Positions 36,815 to 48,200 of a stretch of 64,000 nucleotides of DNA are shown here, piece by piece (position 1 is the first letter of the stretch; every line of letters begins with the position of its first letter). Origin of the DNA: an uncultured Fibrobacterota bacterium (GTDB taxonomy: Bacteria > Fibrobacterota > OXYB2-FULL-49-7 > JAEUSG01); assembly GCA_964590225.1 (NCBI GenBank), contig CAZPWS010000003.1, forward strand, positions 11,899-75,898, given 5' to 3'. The position numbers and the translations under genes are program-made. The notes under the pieces were generated by a model. It worked only from the letters and a program-made list of their open reading frames with translations. It ran no database searches and had not been told where the DNA came from.

Positions 36815-38275
36815 TCAGAAACCGGCCATGGTAGCAATGTTGAGCTTCGAATTGTCGATTGCTTGAATGATCTTTATGTCGTTGTTTGTTTTGAGATCGT
36901 ATGTTTTTACTTGATTCTCGGGTAGCATTTTACGGTCTGAACCTATTATTACAGACACAACGGGTCTTGCGTATAGAGCGCCGTTTGGTTTTACCACTTT
37001 AGCAATTTCGCCCGTGCTGAGCATTACGATACTGCCAACGGGGAAAAGTGAAGTGTATTCAAGATAAAAACGGACTGTGTCGGCACTTATAAGACCTTGT
37101 TTAACTGAAGTAAGTATTTTTTCCATAGCTTTGTAGGGAACCATAGCCTCTCTATATGGTCTTCCACCAGTGAAGGACTCGTACATGTCGGCCACCATTA
37201 TTATTTTGGCGAAATCGTGAATTAGTCTGCCCGCCCTTTGCTTTGGATACCCTTCTCTGTTTTCCCTTTCATGATTCTGGTAACATATTAGCGGAGCGGC
37301 AGGAGGTAATCCCTTGATTTTTTCGATAAGATGTATGCCAAGCATAGGGTGCTTCTTGATTTCAAAAAGTTCGTCGCTTGTTAGCGGCTCTTTTTTAAAT
37401 CTGATGGATTCAGGTATAAAAAGCGTTCCCACATCGTGAAGCAGTCCACTTACACCAACCTCAAGAATCTGGTTTTCGTCGAGTCCTCTTGATGCTGCAA
37501 TGGAGATTGCTATGAGTGATACATTGAGGCTGTGGCTGTATATGTAGTCTGGATCCTTTGACTTTGCCGTAGCAAGATTAAGAAGCATGTGTTTGTCATT
37601 AAGAAATGTTTTTACAAACCCCTTGACGAGATTCGTTATTCTTGCTCCTTGAACCTGTCGTCCCGCCCTTAAAGAGATAAGAAGCGCTTTTACCTCCTCT
37701 ACTGCTTTGTCAAAATCAGTTAAAAGTTCTTTTTTATAGGCTTCTGTTCGCTCTCCTACGGCTATTTCCTTGGCAAGCTCTTTAGCGGGTGTTCCAGAAG
37801 GCATGACAGTGAGGGGAACCTGACTTTTAGTTATTGCCTCTTCAATTGTTTGTACCGATTTTGAATCAAGAATTTGTTTAAAGCCGTCTTCGCCCGTTTT
37901 AACGCCAACAAGAACAGGTAGAACAGTTTCTGGGGGCGGAGCATTTAAAGAGGTGGATATGTTGTCTGTGAGGGTTGAATAATCGTCCTGCGTTTGGATG
38001 TCGTCGCCCAGGTCAAAGTTGTCAAGCTCTTTCATGCTGAGCAGTTTTTTTAAGTCTTCTCCCTCTTCCTGTGTGTAGAATTTAGTGATATTGCGCCTGT
38101 TAATGGCTGCAAGCAGGGTGTTGTCCATCATTGCACCCTTCTTGATAAGAATTTTACCATCACGACCAAAGTAATCGTGAGTAGCAATAGTTCCTACCTT
38201 TATATCACTGAGTTTTATCTCTTTCATATATGGTTTGTCTTTCGCTAATATAACTATTTGACCATGAGTGGACAA
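36815..38275 (-). CDS. HD-GYP domain cyclic-di-GMP phosphodiesterase with N-terminal unknown domain
   Basis: HSLNVSLIAISIA...LLHDVG...HPMLG...NHERENREGYPK, the HD and GYP motifs. Confidence 0.65.
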   Translation of the reverse strand: MSTHGQIVILAKDKPYMKEIKLSDIKVGTIATHDYFGRDGKILIKKGAMMDNTLLAAINRRNITKFYTQEEGEDLKKLLSMKELDNFDLGDDIQTQDDYSTLTDNISTSLNAPPPETVLPVLVGVKTGEDGFKQILDSKSVQTIEEAITKSQVPLTVMPSGTPAKELAKEIAVGERTEAYKKELLTDFDKAVEEVKALLISLRAGRQVQGARITNLVKGFVKTFLNDKHMLLNLATAKSKDPDYIYSHSLNVSLIAISIAASRGLDENQILEVGVSGLLHDVGTLFIPESIRFKKEPLTSDELFEIKKHPMLGIHLIEKIKGLPPAAPLICYQNHERENREGYPKQRAGRLIHDFAKIIMVADMYESFTGGRPYREAMVPYKAMEKILTSVKQGLISADTVRFYLEYTSLFPVGSIVMLSTGEIAKVVKPNGALYARPVVSVIIGSDRKMLPENQVKTYDLKTNNDIKIIQAIDNSKLNIATMAGF

Positions 38276-38278
38276 CCC

Positions 38279-39328
38279 TCACTTCTGTTGCGTCGCTTGT
38301 TTATTTCTATCGCCCCGTCCTTTGCCAGGTACCCTGCCAATGGATTTAATCCGCCTGTTGAGACATCCATGGCACTCTTCTGCCGTCTCGAATATGCACG
38401 CCTTTGAAGGGTATATCTCATAGTACTGACGATATTTTACCGGTGTAAGGTTTGGCATCACAATATTCGCACCTCTTTGCAGGCCGAGTTCTCTACCTTC
38501 GTTTTTATTTATAGTTGCAAGGGCAGTAGTGCTTGGTATATTTGACTCAGGGCAGTGTATTCTTGTGAGTGCTATCATTTTATACACCATCTCCTCGCTA
38601 TTTGGGGCCTGTTCGCTTCCATTCATCAGCTTTGTGGAACCAAGGGGTGTTTCTGGATGAGGTATATATGGACCGATACCAATCATGTCAAGATCGAGTT
38701 TGCTAAAAAGCAAAATATCATCGGCAAGCGAATCGTAGGTTTGCCCTGGAATTCCCACCATGACGCCACTTCCCGCTTCGTAGCCAATAGTCTTTAGGCG
38801 TTGAAGTAAGTCAATTCTATTAATGGGGTTGATAGTTCCTGGCGGTGGGGGATGGATTTGGGAAAACAAGGTTCGGTCGGATGTTTCAAACCGCAAAAGA
38901 TAACGGTCGGCGCCTGCTTCTTTCCATTCAATTAGTTCTTCGTCATCCCTTTCGCCAAGACTTAGAGTGACAGCGAGCTCTGTTTCTGCTTTTATTGTTT
39001 TAATAATCTCTGCTATAAAGGTCTTGTCAATTTGTATGTCTTCTCCTGACTGAATTACTACTGTTCCGTAGTTAAGAGTAATGGCCTTTTTAGCACATTC
39101 AATTATTTCTTTGGCGCTCATTCGATATCTGATGAGTTTGCTGTTTGCTGCCCTTATACCGCAGTAACCGCATAAACGGCGGCAGTAGTTAGATATTTCA
39201 ATAAGACCTCTGAGGTGGACTTCGTCGCCAACTGTGTTCTTTCGTACTGTATCTGCTTTTTTATAAAGCTCATCAAGAATAAGTGGATTTTGTTCTTTCA
39301 GTAAATATACTATCTCTTTTTTATCCAT
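38279..39328 (-). CDS. hydE: [FeFe]-hydrogenase maturase HydE (radical SAM, biotin-synthase-like)
   Basis: CRRLCGYCG radical-SAM CxxxCxxC motif. About 350 aa. It overlaps hydF by 8 nt, consistent with HydE rather than BioB. HydG is not in the window. Confidence 0.55.
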   Translation of the reverse strand: MDKKEIVYLLKEQNPLILDELYKKADTVRKNTVGDEVHLRGLIEISNYCRRLCGYCGIRAANSKLIRYRMSAKEIIECAKKAITLNYGTVVIQSGEDIQIDKTFIAEIIKTIKAETELAVTLSLGERDDEELIEWKEAGADRYLLRFETSDRTLFSQIHPPPPGTINPINRIDLLQRLKTIGYEAGSGVMVGIPGQTYDSLADDILLFSKLDLDMIGIGPYIPHPETPLGSTKLMNGSEQAPNSEEMVYKMIALTRIHCPESNIPSTTALATINKNEGRELGLQRGANIVMPNLTPVKYRQYYEIYPSKACIFETAEECHGCLNRRIKSIGRVPGKGRGDRNKQATQQK

Positions 39329-40559
39329 TTCTTTTACTCCTTACAGCTTCAATCACAGCAGGAAAAGGGGAGAGGGCTCTATCGAAAATTCCAAGCGAGT
39401 ACGCGATTGCAAGACCATAGTTGGTTATTGGTACATTGGAAGCATGGCATACAAGCAAACGAGAAAGCATCTCTCTCCTGTTATGCATACAGCTTCCACA
39501 ATGAACAACAAGCTTGTAGCTTGAAAGATCCGGTGGAAAATCGTGTCCTGACACTGTAGTGAAGTTGAGCGTCCCGCCTATGTATTGAGTAAGCCATCGC
39601 GGTATCTTGACCCTGCCGATATCTTCGCCTATCGGGTGGTGGGTACACGCTTCAGAAATCAAAACTTTATCTCCGCTTTTTAAATTGTCAATTGCAAGAG
39701 TTCCTATCGCCTGTGTAGTAAGGTCACCTTTGAAACGAGAAAGCAGTATTGAAAAACTGGTCATAGGGATGTCGGGTGGGGTATCTGCTGCCACCTTTAG
39801 GAATGCCTGCGAGTCAGTAACAACCAATGTCGGTTTATGCTTCAGGTTGTCAATGGCTCTTTTTAATTCTCGCTCTTTAACAACCATGCAGATTGAATCA
39901 CCATCAAGCAGATCGCGGATAGCTTGAACTTGTGGAAGAATAAGTCGTCCCTTAGGCGCTTCTTTGTCTATTGGAACAACAAGAATGCAAATTTCGCCCG
40001 GCGGAACAAGATCCGACAAAATCACAGGGGGATTGATAAAATCTTCAGGAGCGCTTTTTATAAGTAATGATTTAAGAGCAGGTATTCCTTCACCTGTCAG
40101 AGATGAAACAGCAAGTAATGGAATGGCCTTTTCTTTAAGATTAGCTATAACTAATTCGCTGGGAGAGGAAATGTCGGATTTGTTAAATACAATTATGCAT
40201 GGAATTTTTCTTTTGTCAAACTCTGTCAGTAACTCTTCCTCAAAAGAAGTCCATGTTTCACCTGTGGCAACAACAATGGCGATTTCGGTGCGGTTGAATA
40301 TGCCTCTCGTTTTTTCGATGCGCATTTTTCCAAGATCGCCTTCGTCATCTATGCCTGCTGTGTCAATAAATAGCACTGGTCCGAGTGGCAAAAGTTCCAT
40401 GGGTTTTTCGACGGGATCGGTTGTTGTGCCTGCAGTTGATGATACAATAGATATGCTTTGGTTCGTTAAGGCATTCAGCAAGCTTGATTTTCCCACATTT
40501 CTTCTGCCAAAGATACCTATATGCAATCTCATGCTTTTAATCTGTGCTGTTGTGCTCAT
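39321..40559 (-). CDS. hydF: [FeFe]-hydrogenase maturation GTPase HydF
   Basis: N-terminal GTPase IGIFGRRNVGKSSLLNAL...DTAG...NKSD. C-terminal HCGSCMHNRREM cluster-binding motif (CxH...HCxxC). Confidence 0.7.
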   Translation of the reverse strand: MSTTAQIKSMRLHIGIFGRRNVGKSSLLNALTNQSISIVSSTAGTTTDPVEKPMELLPLGPVLFIDTAGIDDEGDLGKMRIEKTRGIFNRTEIAIVVATGETWTSFEEELLTEFDKRKIPCIIVFNKSDISSPSELVIANLKEKAIPLLAVSSLTGEGIPALKSLLIKSAPEDFINPPVILSDLVPPGEICILVVPIDKEAPKGRLILPQVQAIRDLLDGDSICMVVKERELKRAIDNLKHKPTLVVTDSQAFLKVAADTPPDIPMTSFSILLSRFKGDLTTQAIGTLAIDNLKSGDKVLISEACTHHPIGEDIGRVKIPRWLTQYIGGTLNFTTVSGHDFPPDLSSYKLVVHCGSCMHNRREMLSRLLVCHASNVPITNYGLAIAYSLGIFDRALSPFPAVIEAVRSKRNG

Positions 40560-40580
40560 ATTGTGTATTAAATTTCCAAG

Positions 40581-41993
40581 TTATTGTTTAATAAAAAAAG
40601 AGTCGGGAGAACCGAGCCGAGTAACGGCTTCGGGGGAAAGGAGCTCTTTTACTGCTGAGTGAGTTGTTAAACCTTCGCTAATAAGTACTTCGCGCACAGG
40701 CCGATTTATCTCTTGCGCTCTCACTATTGCCTTGCTTACGGCATCGTACCCGAGCGTTGGAATAAGAGCTGTTGCAATTACGGTTGAATTTTCGATATGT
40801 GCTGCGCATATTGATTCGTTTGCCGTTATTCCTGCAACGCAGTTATTCTTTAGGATAGCGCAGCTATTCGTCAATAATTCGAGTTCTGTAAGAAGGGTAT
40901 CCGCAATGATTGGTAAAAATGGATTCAGTTCGAGAGAGCCCATGGATGCAGCGTGCGTAAGAGAATTGTCTAGTCCTAAGACCTTTATTGCCGCTTGCGT
41001 TACTGATTCCGGTATTACGGGGTTGATTTTGCCAGGCATAATGGAAGAGCCAGCTTGCCGTGGTGGCAGGTTTATTTCTCCTATACCTGCATCGGGACCG
41101 GAGCTTAAAAAGCGCAGATCCGAGCATATTTTTATAAGCGAGGAAGCAAGCGCTTTAAGGATACCAGAGACTTCAACAAAAACATCAACATTTTGTGTTG
41201 CCTCTACGAGGTTTTCGGCCCTTGCGAAACCTATGCCCGATACTTCCCGCAGTTTGTCGGTAGCGGAGAAAATAAAGCCGCGGGGGGCAGCCGCACCGGT
41301 TCCTATTGCGGTGCCTCCGAGATTGATTACCCTAAGCCGTTCCTCACATTTATAAATGCGCCACCTGTCCCGAGAAAGCACTTCGGCGTATGCGCCCATT
41401 TCACGGCCAAGGGTCGTAAGTATTGCATCCTGCATCTCTGTTCTTCCAACCTTAACAATGTGGGCAAAACCTTTTTCTTTTGCCTGAAAAGCCTCCTGAA
41501 GAGAAACCACAGCAGCCTCGAGTGGCTTTAGCATCCTGATAGCGGCTAGTTTTAGTGCTGTGGGGAAGGTATCATTAGTTGATTGAAAGCGGTTTGCGTC
41601 GTTGAGTGGCGAAACAATGGAGTATTCGCCCGGGCTATGGCCCAATATTTGAAGTGCACGGTTAGCGATTATTTCGCTTACGCATAAGTTCAGACTTGTT
41701 CCCGCTCCGCCATGAAGACTATCAATGGTAATAAGATTATCAAACCTGCCTTCTGATAGCTCGATTGCCGCCCGTTCCATTGCGTCAAATTTTTTTGTAG
41801 GATCTTTAGTAATTGGTAAGGCACGAATGGCTTTAAAGCAGGCGTATTTAACCGTTCCATAAGCGTGAATAAGTTCGCTATGGACAGGTTTAAGTGAGAG
41901 CGGAAAGTTCTCAAGCGCACGAATAGTATGAATACCGGTTAGTGAATTCGCCGGCAGTGTTCTTTCACCAATTAAATCTCTTTCTCTACGCAT
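40581..41993 (-). CDS. aspartate ammonia-lyase-like (fumarase/aspartase class II family)
   Basis: Signature GSSIMPGKINPVIPE, the GSSxMPxKxN loop. The PVIPE variant is closer to aspartase than to fumarase C. The probable start is the internal Met at 41993, because the longer ORF to 42056 overlaps the upstream gene. Confidence 0.65.
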   Translation of the reverse strand: MRRERDLIGERTLPANSLTGIHTIRALENFPLSLKPVHSELIHAYGTVKYACFKAIRALPITKDPTKKFDAMERAAIELSEGRFDNLITIDSLHGGAGTSLNLCVSEIIANRALQILGHSPGEYSIVSPLNDANRFQSTNDTFPTALKLAAIRMLKPLEAAVVSLQEAFQAKEKGFAHIVKVGRTEMQDAILTTLGREMGAYAEVLSRDRWRIYKCEERLRVINLGGTAIGTGAAAPRGFIFSATDKLREVSGIGFARAENLVEATQNVDVFVEVSGILKALASSLIKICSDLRFLSSGPDAGIGEINLPPRQAGSSIMPGKINPVIPESVTQAAIKVLGLDNSLTHAASMGSLELNPFLPIIADTLLTELELLTNSCAILKNNCVAGITANESICAAHIENSTVIATALIPTLGYDAVSKAIVRAQEINRPVREVLISEGLTTHSAVKELLSPEAVTRLGSPDSFFIKQ

Positions 41994-42009
41994 ATAGCTC
42001 TCTGACTTA

Positions 42010-42996
42010 TTAAAGTTCTTTTTGGAAGTACTCCCTGAAAAGCCCAACGCCTCCATACGACTCCTTAAATCGACAGAGCCCGAAATTCGGGTTCATATCA
42101 ACTGTAAAAAGTCCTAATTCGTAATAATCGTGACCCCATTCTTTTACCCTTTTAATTGTTGATAAGTAAAGTAAGTTTGATATGCGGGCATTCTGTAATT
42201 TGTAGTCTTGCGCAATGTAAAAGGCAATGGCAACTTTAGGGTTTGCCCTAAAAAGCCAAATTCCGCCAGCCATTTCGTCGTTGATATAAGCAGCCATAAG
42301 AGTGATGCGCTCAGGAAAGCGTTTGTTGAGATCAACCATTTCATCAAGTGAGTGAACCGGTTTGACGCTATGCCTGCTCTTAAGGTTGTTTTCAAGAATT
42401 TTGTAAAAATTAATATAAGCTTCCCGTGAGTTGTCTTCCACAACCGTTACTCCATCCTTTTCGGCTTTACGGACAGCACGGCGGACTTCCGGTTTAAGAA
42501 AAGAAAGGGTATCGTCAAGAACAGATGGTAATTTTATAACACTTGTAAGCTCTCTTTTCCTGAACGAAAATGATTCTCTGGATAACACAAAGTCAATGTG
42601 CTGGTTCTCGTTCTTGCCATAGAAAAAGGGAGTCGGGGTTATGAAAACCCTATTAAAGCCATCCTTTTTCAGATACGATAAAAAAGAGGAGATGATGCTA
42701 TTAATTGTCTGAAGCCCGAAGCTGGAGGGAAGAACGAATCCACCAACAGAGGTTCCCGGATATGAGCTAAAAATTTTCGTTCCAGCCGAATCAACAGAGA
42801 TTGCGCCCGGTATTATACCTTTTATCTGGCCATCAACAGATATCAGGTGATGAAAGTTATTGAATTTCCCTTCGGCGTGGTAAGAAAGGAATTTTTGAGA
42901 GTGATAAATAGTTCCGTTGTTGGACTCCTCTACAATTTTTTCCCATTTATCATAGTAAGTATGGTTATAGGTAATAAATTTAATAGTATCTGACAT
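42010..42996 (-). CDS. FemAB/GNAT-fold acyltransferase-like hypothetical protein
   Basis: 328 aa and cytoplasmic. Weak resemblance to FemAB-type or BioF2-like acetyltransferase domains. No firm motif. Confidence 0.3.
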   Translation of the reverse strand: MSDTIKFITYNHTYYDKWEKIVEESNNGTIYHSQKFLSYHAEGKFNNFHHLISVDGQIKGIIPGAISVDSAGTKIFSSYPGTSVGGFVLPSSFGLQTINSIISSFLSYLKKDGFNRVFITPTPFFYGKNENQHIDFVLSRESFSFRKRELTSVIKLPSVLDDTLSFLKPEVRRAVRKAEKDGVTVVEDNSREAYINFYKILENNLKSRHSVKPVHSLDEMVDLNKRFPERITLMAAYINDEMAGGIWLFRANPKVAIAFYIAQDYKLQNARISNLLYLSTIKRVKEWGHDYYELGLFTVDMNPNFGLCRFKESYGGVGLFREYFQKEL

Positions 42997-42998
42997 TA

Positions 42999-44549
42999 TT
43001 ATTGTTGCCCCGTTTTACTTCTTGGCTTCTTAATAATAATAGTAATTAAAAGCAGTAGCGCAGCGATACCTGAGAAGGTGCCGATAATGTCACCGGTAAA
43101 GGTGAAAAGCGTATCCATAGTATTTGTTTTGACATTTCCAACAAGTATCCGGCTTTCATAAATTGGCGTGGATAGAGATATTCTGCCACATGCGTCTGCG
43201 ATGGCACTTATGCCCGTATTAGCTGCCCGTGCAAGCGGAATCCCAAACTCAATTGAACGAAAGAGAGCAATATTTAGATGTTGGTAAGGCATAGCTGAAC
43301 GGCCAAACCAGCCGTCGTTTGTAACCTGTGCCATTAACTTGCCGCCGTTTTTTACAAAATTAGCTATCGCTTTCTGATAAACAACTTCATAGCATATTGG
43401 GGTGAATACATTCAGTGGTCCTGCAGCTGTTTGAATGCTATAAACGGTAGATAATTTTCCATGGGTGAAATCTGCTTCTCCGAGGTCAACTCTGCTTATT
43501 ATTGGAAAAATTCCTTCAAAGGGGAGCCGTTCTGCGAACGGTAACAAGTTGATTTTATCGTAGCGAACAAACTGGGTGTGTGGAGCCTTAAAAAACACAG
43601 AGTTATAGTAGTTTGGCTGATTAATATCATTATTTGTAAAATCAATGTCAAGGGCACCAAAGAGTATGGATGTAGATAGAGAGTCTGCGAGGGAAGAGAT
43701 GATTCTTCTGTATCTTGCTTCGCGGCCGAAGTAGACAGGAAGGGCACTTTCTGGCCAAATTGCGAGATCAATATTGTTTTCGGAAGTAAAAGCATTGGTT
43801 GTCATGTCAATATTAAGCTGAAAAATGGAGTCTGCTCTTCTTCTTTCCCATTTAATAAGAGGATCAACATTTGGCTGTATTATTGCAACCCGCGCGGACT
43901 CAATTTTGTTTTTATCAAATGATTTTACACGAGCTGTTCCATAAAAGAGAAGAATCGCATACAGTAACAAGATAATGACGAAATGCGCTATCCATCCACC
44001 TTCTTTCTCTTTTATTCGCTTTATGACTATAAAAAGTAAAACTGATGTTGAAGCAATGAGTAAGGAATAAAAATAGACGCCGAATAGAGAGAGTGCCTGC
44101 AAAAGCTTGTTATAGGCTCCAAAAGAGTATCCGGCGGTTATCCATGGAAAAGAGATTTCCCCCATCTCTCGTAGTTTTTCCTGCGCTACCCAAAAGAGCG
44201 GAAATGATAGTGCCCCCAATGTAGCTCCGAAGCGTTTGTGAACCAGATGGGTGAGGAGAGATGTTAAGCCAATCCATGCGGCCATGTACGAAAAAAGCAG
44301 CAGCATACCAATAGCAAGAACAGCATACAATCCCTTATCCATTAAACGGGGAATCCAATAGAGGAGTCCAATGGCCGATACAAATCCCGATATAAATGGA
44401 TACCAGAAGGCTTCCTTCTTTGTTGATGCGCTTATAGAAAGGTTAAATAACAATGCGAGAGAAATTGGAGAAAGGAAGCCAAATGGTGAAGGTGGAAAGC
44501 TTGCTATGTATAGAATACCCGATAATATTGAAAGAATGGTTTTATTCAT
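42999..44549 (-). CDS. lnt: apolipoprotein N-acyltransferase
   Basis: Multi-TM N-terminus followed by a carbon-nitrogen hydrolase domain (ARVAIIQPNVDP...DLAIWPESALP...). Confidence 0.75.
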   Translation of the reverse strand: MNKTILSILSGILYIASFPPSPFGFLSPISLALLFNLSISASTKKEAFWYPFISGFVSAIGLLYWIPRLMDKGLYAVLAIGMLLLFSYMAAWIGLTSLLTHLVHKRFGATLGALSFPLFWVAQEKLREMGEISFPWITAGYSFGAYNKLLQALSLFGVYFYSLLIASTSVLLFIVIKRIKEKEGGWIAHFVIILLLYAILLFYGTARVKSFDKNKIESARVAIIQPNVDPLIKWERRRADSIFQLNIDMTTNAFTSENNIDLAIWPESALPVYFGREARYRRIISSLADSLSTSILFGALDIDFTNNDINQPNYYNSVFFKAPHTQFVRYDKINLLPFAERLPFEGIFPIISRVDLGEADFTHGKLSTVYSIQTAAGPLNVFTPICYEVVYQKAIANFVKNGGKLMAQVTNDGWFGRSAMPYQHLNIALFRSIEFGIPLARAANTGISAIADACGRISLSTPIYESRILVGNVKTNTMDTLFTFTGDIIGTFSGIAALLLLITIIIKKPRSKTGQQ

Positions 44550-45240
44550 CTTGGTGGTTCTGTTTCAGATTGTTCATCTTTAAGTTGTATAGTAGAACAA
44601 ATTCGCCTTTGGGTGATTCCGTTGTAAGCTTTTCTATTATCGAAGAAATAGTTCCGCGATAGAAAGTTTCGTAAATTTTGGTGAGTTCCCGAGCTATAAC
44701 AATATTTATGTCGCCATAAACATTTTTCAGATCTTCAAGTGCTTTTATAATGCGGTGAGGCGATTCATAAAAGATGATTGTCCGTTCTTCGGCGTTGAGA
44801 GATTTAAACTTGCTTATTCGTTTACAACTCTTTGGCGGCAAGAATCCTTCAAATGTGAAGCGATCTGTGGGAAGGCCAGAGGCTGAGAGGGCTGTAATAA
44901 GAGCGCATGGACCAGGGATAGGAATTACATCCAGATTGTTATCTGTGGCAAGCTTAACAATTCTATATGCTGGATCAGCGATTCCTGGAGTGCCAGCATC
45001 CGAGATAACAACGACCTTTTTCCTGTTGTTAAGATGGTCGAGAAGCGTTGCCGCCATTTTTTGCTCATTGTGCTCATGGTAGCTTAGTATTTTTGCCTGC
45101 GGATTAGTTTTGTCTATGATTGGTCGAGAGTGGCGGGTGTCTTCGGCGGCAATAATATCCGCCTCCTTAAGCGCAATAAGAGCACGCGGTGAAAGATCGC
45201 CCATATTTCCAATCGGAGTGCTTACAATGTAAAGTGGCAT
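44542..45240 (-). CDS. rsmI: 16S rRNA (cytidine1402-2'-O)-methyltransferase
   Basis: MPLYIVSTPIGNMGDLSPRALIALKEADIIAAEDTRHS, the tetrapyrrole-methylase-fold RsmI N-terminus. 232 aa. Confidence 0.8.
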   Translation of the reverse strand: MPLYIVSTPIGNMGDLSPRALIALKEADIIAAEDTRHSRPIIDKTNPQAKILSYHEHNEQKMAATLLDHLNNRKKVVVISDAGTPGIADPAYRIVKLATDNNLDVIPIPGPCALITALSASGLPTDRFTFEGFLPPKSCKRISKFKSLNAEERTIIFYESPHRIIKALEDLKNVYGDINIVIARELTKIYETFYRGTISSIIEKLTTESPKGEFVLLYNLKMNNLKQNHQDE

Positions 45241-45245
45241 TGCGT

Positions 45246-48200
45246 TTATCTGCCCTCCGCCTTTGCGATTTTAAAGATGCGTTCAATGTTCCCTGTTTTG
45301 CCTTTAGCGCTGAATTTAACATAGTAAGTTCCGTTGGGGAGGAGTCGTCCATTTTTATCGGTTGCGTCCCAGGCAATTTCCTGATATCCGAGAATGTTTC
45401 GTGCCGAAAGAGTTTTTGCAAGGTATCCGGCAAAGGTGTATATACGAAGCTCCACATCAGCTTCATCCTCTATTGTAAAAGCGAAAATGGTTTTTCTGCC
45501 GAACGGGTTGGGATGGTTGGCAAAACTCCTTAAGGCCAAGCGAGAGCTAAGAGTAAAACCGACTTTCATTGTATCGGAACGGTTATTGTTGATATCTTTC
45601 GCCACAGCGTAAATGGAATCACTTCCTTTCCTGAATGGACGGAACGAAACAACTGCATTTCCAGCTCCGCCGGAATGGCCCACAGAAAAGCGATCACGAG
45701 ATAGAGGAAGCATGCCTTGAGTGAACAGCTGTATTGTTGAAGTGTCAACTGCGGAATTATCCTCAAAAAGGATGTCAATGGGAGCACCGGTTGGAATAAA
45801 GTCTGGAAAATCGAGATTTCGTCCGGCGGACATCGCTCTTATTGTTGGCCCCTTTGCGTCAGTTGTGTATCCAGGCGTATAAAACATTCCGGTCTTAACA
45901 ATGGCGGATACTGTTGCTGTTAACGAATCAATAGTTCCTTCGATAAAATGCCAGTAGGATGATATTGTATCGAGTCTGAAAAAACCATATCGGTTGGTTT
46001 GGCTGGTGTTAGCTTGTTGATTTGATGAATAAACTTGATAGGAAAATATAATGTCTGATGATGGTTTTTCTGAGGCTGCAAATACTGAGTATGTTAAAAC
46101 AGAATCAGATCCAAGTGGCCTAACTTCATTCTGATAAGGTCGCAGGGTGGTTGCAATGTCAGCCTTTTCCTGAAAAAGTGTTATTGGTATGGTGTCGAGT
46201 TTTCTGACTGTTTTTACCGAAAGCCCTCCGTAAGGAGCGGTTGAAACAGTATCGAGCTTGCCAAGTATTGTACCACGGATTCCAATCAATTTCTGGGCTA
46301 TGTTGTTACCTTTATCGCTTTCAAGTATGTTGTTGCTGTTGTCAAGATGTGCCTGCAATAAAAGATATCCATCCGCGTTAATAATTGGAAAATCCAGAGA
46401 GTCAATGGCTTTGGAGGGCAAGACAGAATTATATGGGAGTGTCATTGCATTTAAGCCATTTATAGAAAGTGCAACGGTGAATGGCGAGGCATCTGACAAG
46501 CCTTGGTTTATAAATCGGAGGCGAGCTACAAGGCGGCCGGCAAGCATTGGTTTAATGGCATCTTTGAGTAGAAAGGCAAGATCTGGCGGTGTTTTAATTT
46601 TACAATGGAAAAATCTTCGCAGCAGTCTGGTAGTATTATCTGCTGTTCGATATTTAACGCTTATACAATAGGTAATGCCTCGTTTGGTGCCATAGACTGC
46701 CGGCGAGAGGAATATCGCTCCTGAGATGAATTTGCCGTTACCGAATAACATTTCTATTCTGCTCGACGGAAGAACAGATTCATTTATGGCCGTATCAGCT
46801 TCGTAATAGAGAGTAACGGAATCTATCGTGAATCCGTTTGGGTTTTTAATTTCACAGCTAATCCGTATCGAATCACCAAGTGAGTATGTTGATTTAATTA
46901 TAGTATCACGGTTTGTTGATAAAATGAATGGTAAAGCAGATGAAACTGTGATCTGTCCGGTTGAAAACGGTATTTCACCTACACTTATTTTGTTGCCACT
47001 TGTTAGTATGGCACGAATAAGCCCGTTCGGATAATCTCTGCCTGGACGAAGGGGCACAAACACTGTGTCGGTTTTTCCATTGAACGGAGTGGAGTGTTGT
47101 AGGCTTAAGAGGTCATCTTCTCCATATATTCTAATTGTTATTTCTCCATGAGTTGCAGTTGCCGCGCTTACTTTGATATGCAGAGAGTCGCCGGCAAGCG
47201 GCGTTGGGTTGAGAAGAGTCAAATCGTCAAGTTTTCCCGGGTATGCAATTGGCATGGAAGGGTCGCCAAGAAGATTGTATTGGGCAATAACATGAAAGTA
47301 GCCGGCACCGTAAGCAGCTAACATGTTCTCTTCGGCAGCGTTTATTAGCCCCCCAACGGTTTTATGCACTTTTGAGGCGGCTTCGGTGAGAATAATTTCA
47401 CTAAGCAGCTTGTCTGATATTGTAAACGAATGTCCAGACGCACCATAGAAAGCGGCACATCCCCCTTTGTCTGAAAGTAGCATTGTTTCGCCCAACGGAG
47501 GAAATAGGTCTTGAGTTAATCCTTCAGATACCGCCTCAAATGAGGCAGTAAGACAGGTCAAGCTGAATACTATCGGGAGCACGCCAGCATTAGAGAGAGA
47601 TTTTGCTGACGAGTTGTCCATCATTGGAAGAGGGCGACCGTCTGACCAGATGCTGCCACCACCGTGCCCAAAGAAAAAGGTGAAGAGCGCTCCTTTGTTA
47701 AAAAACGATGAAACTGCTGTTTGTGTCGCCGTGCCAAAAAAATAGTCGGATGTGGGGTCGGCATCGGCACGAACCACATTGAATGTTGGCGAAATTATTT
47801 CTCTGTGAAAAATGTTATTGGCAGATGTAAATATGTTCTCATAGCCTCCAATAAGGAAGAAATTATTTCTCCAAGTTCCTGCGTCCGGATTGTTTTCGAA
47901 CCTTTGTATTTTTATAAGAACATCTCTTATCTCTTTAACGCTTCTGCCTGGAATTCTTCCCACTGCAATATCTGGAAAAATATCATCGCCATAGACAGTA
48001 GTTAAGCGACTATCTGCGCTTGCTATACCCCAACCGTTAACCTGCGTGAAGAGAGTTGGAACTATGTTTCGCCCTCTTTCTCTTTTATCCGAAAGCTCAG
48101 AGGCATCTCCGAGAATAAGCAAATAGGCCGGTTTAGGGTTAAAGGAGGTGTATGCATGGGCGATATACTCTTTTATAGAGATGGGATTTACAGAGCCATT

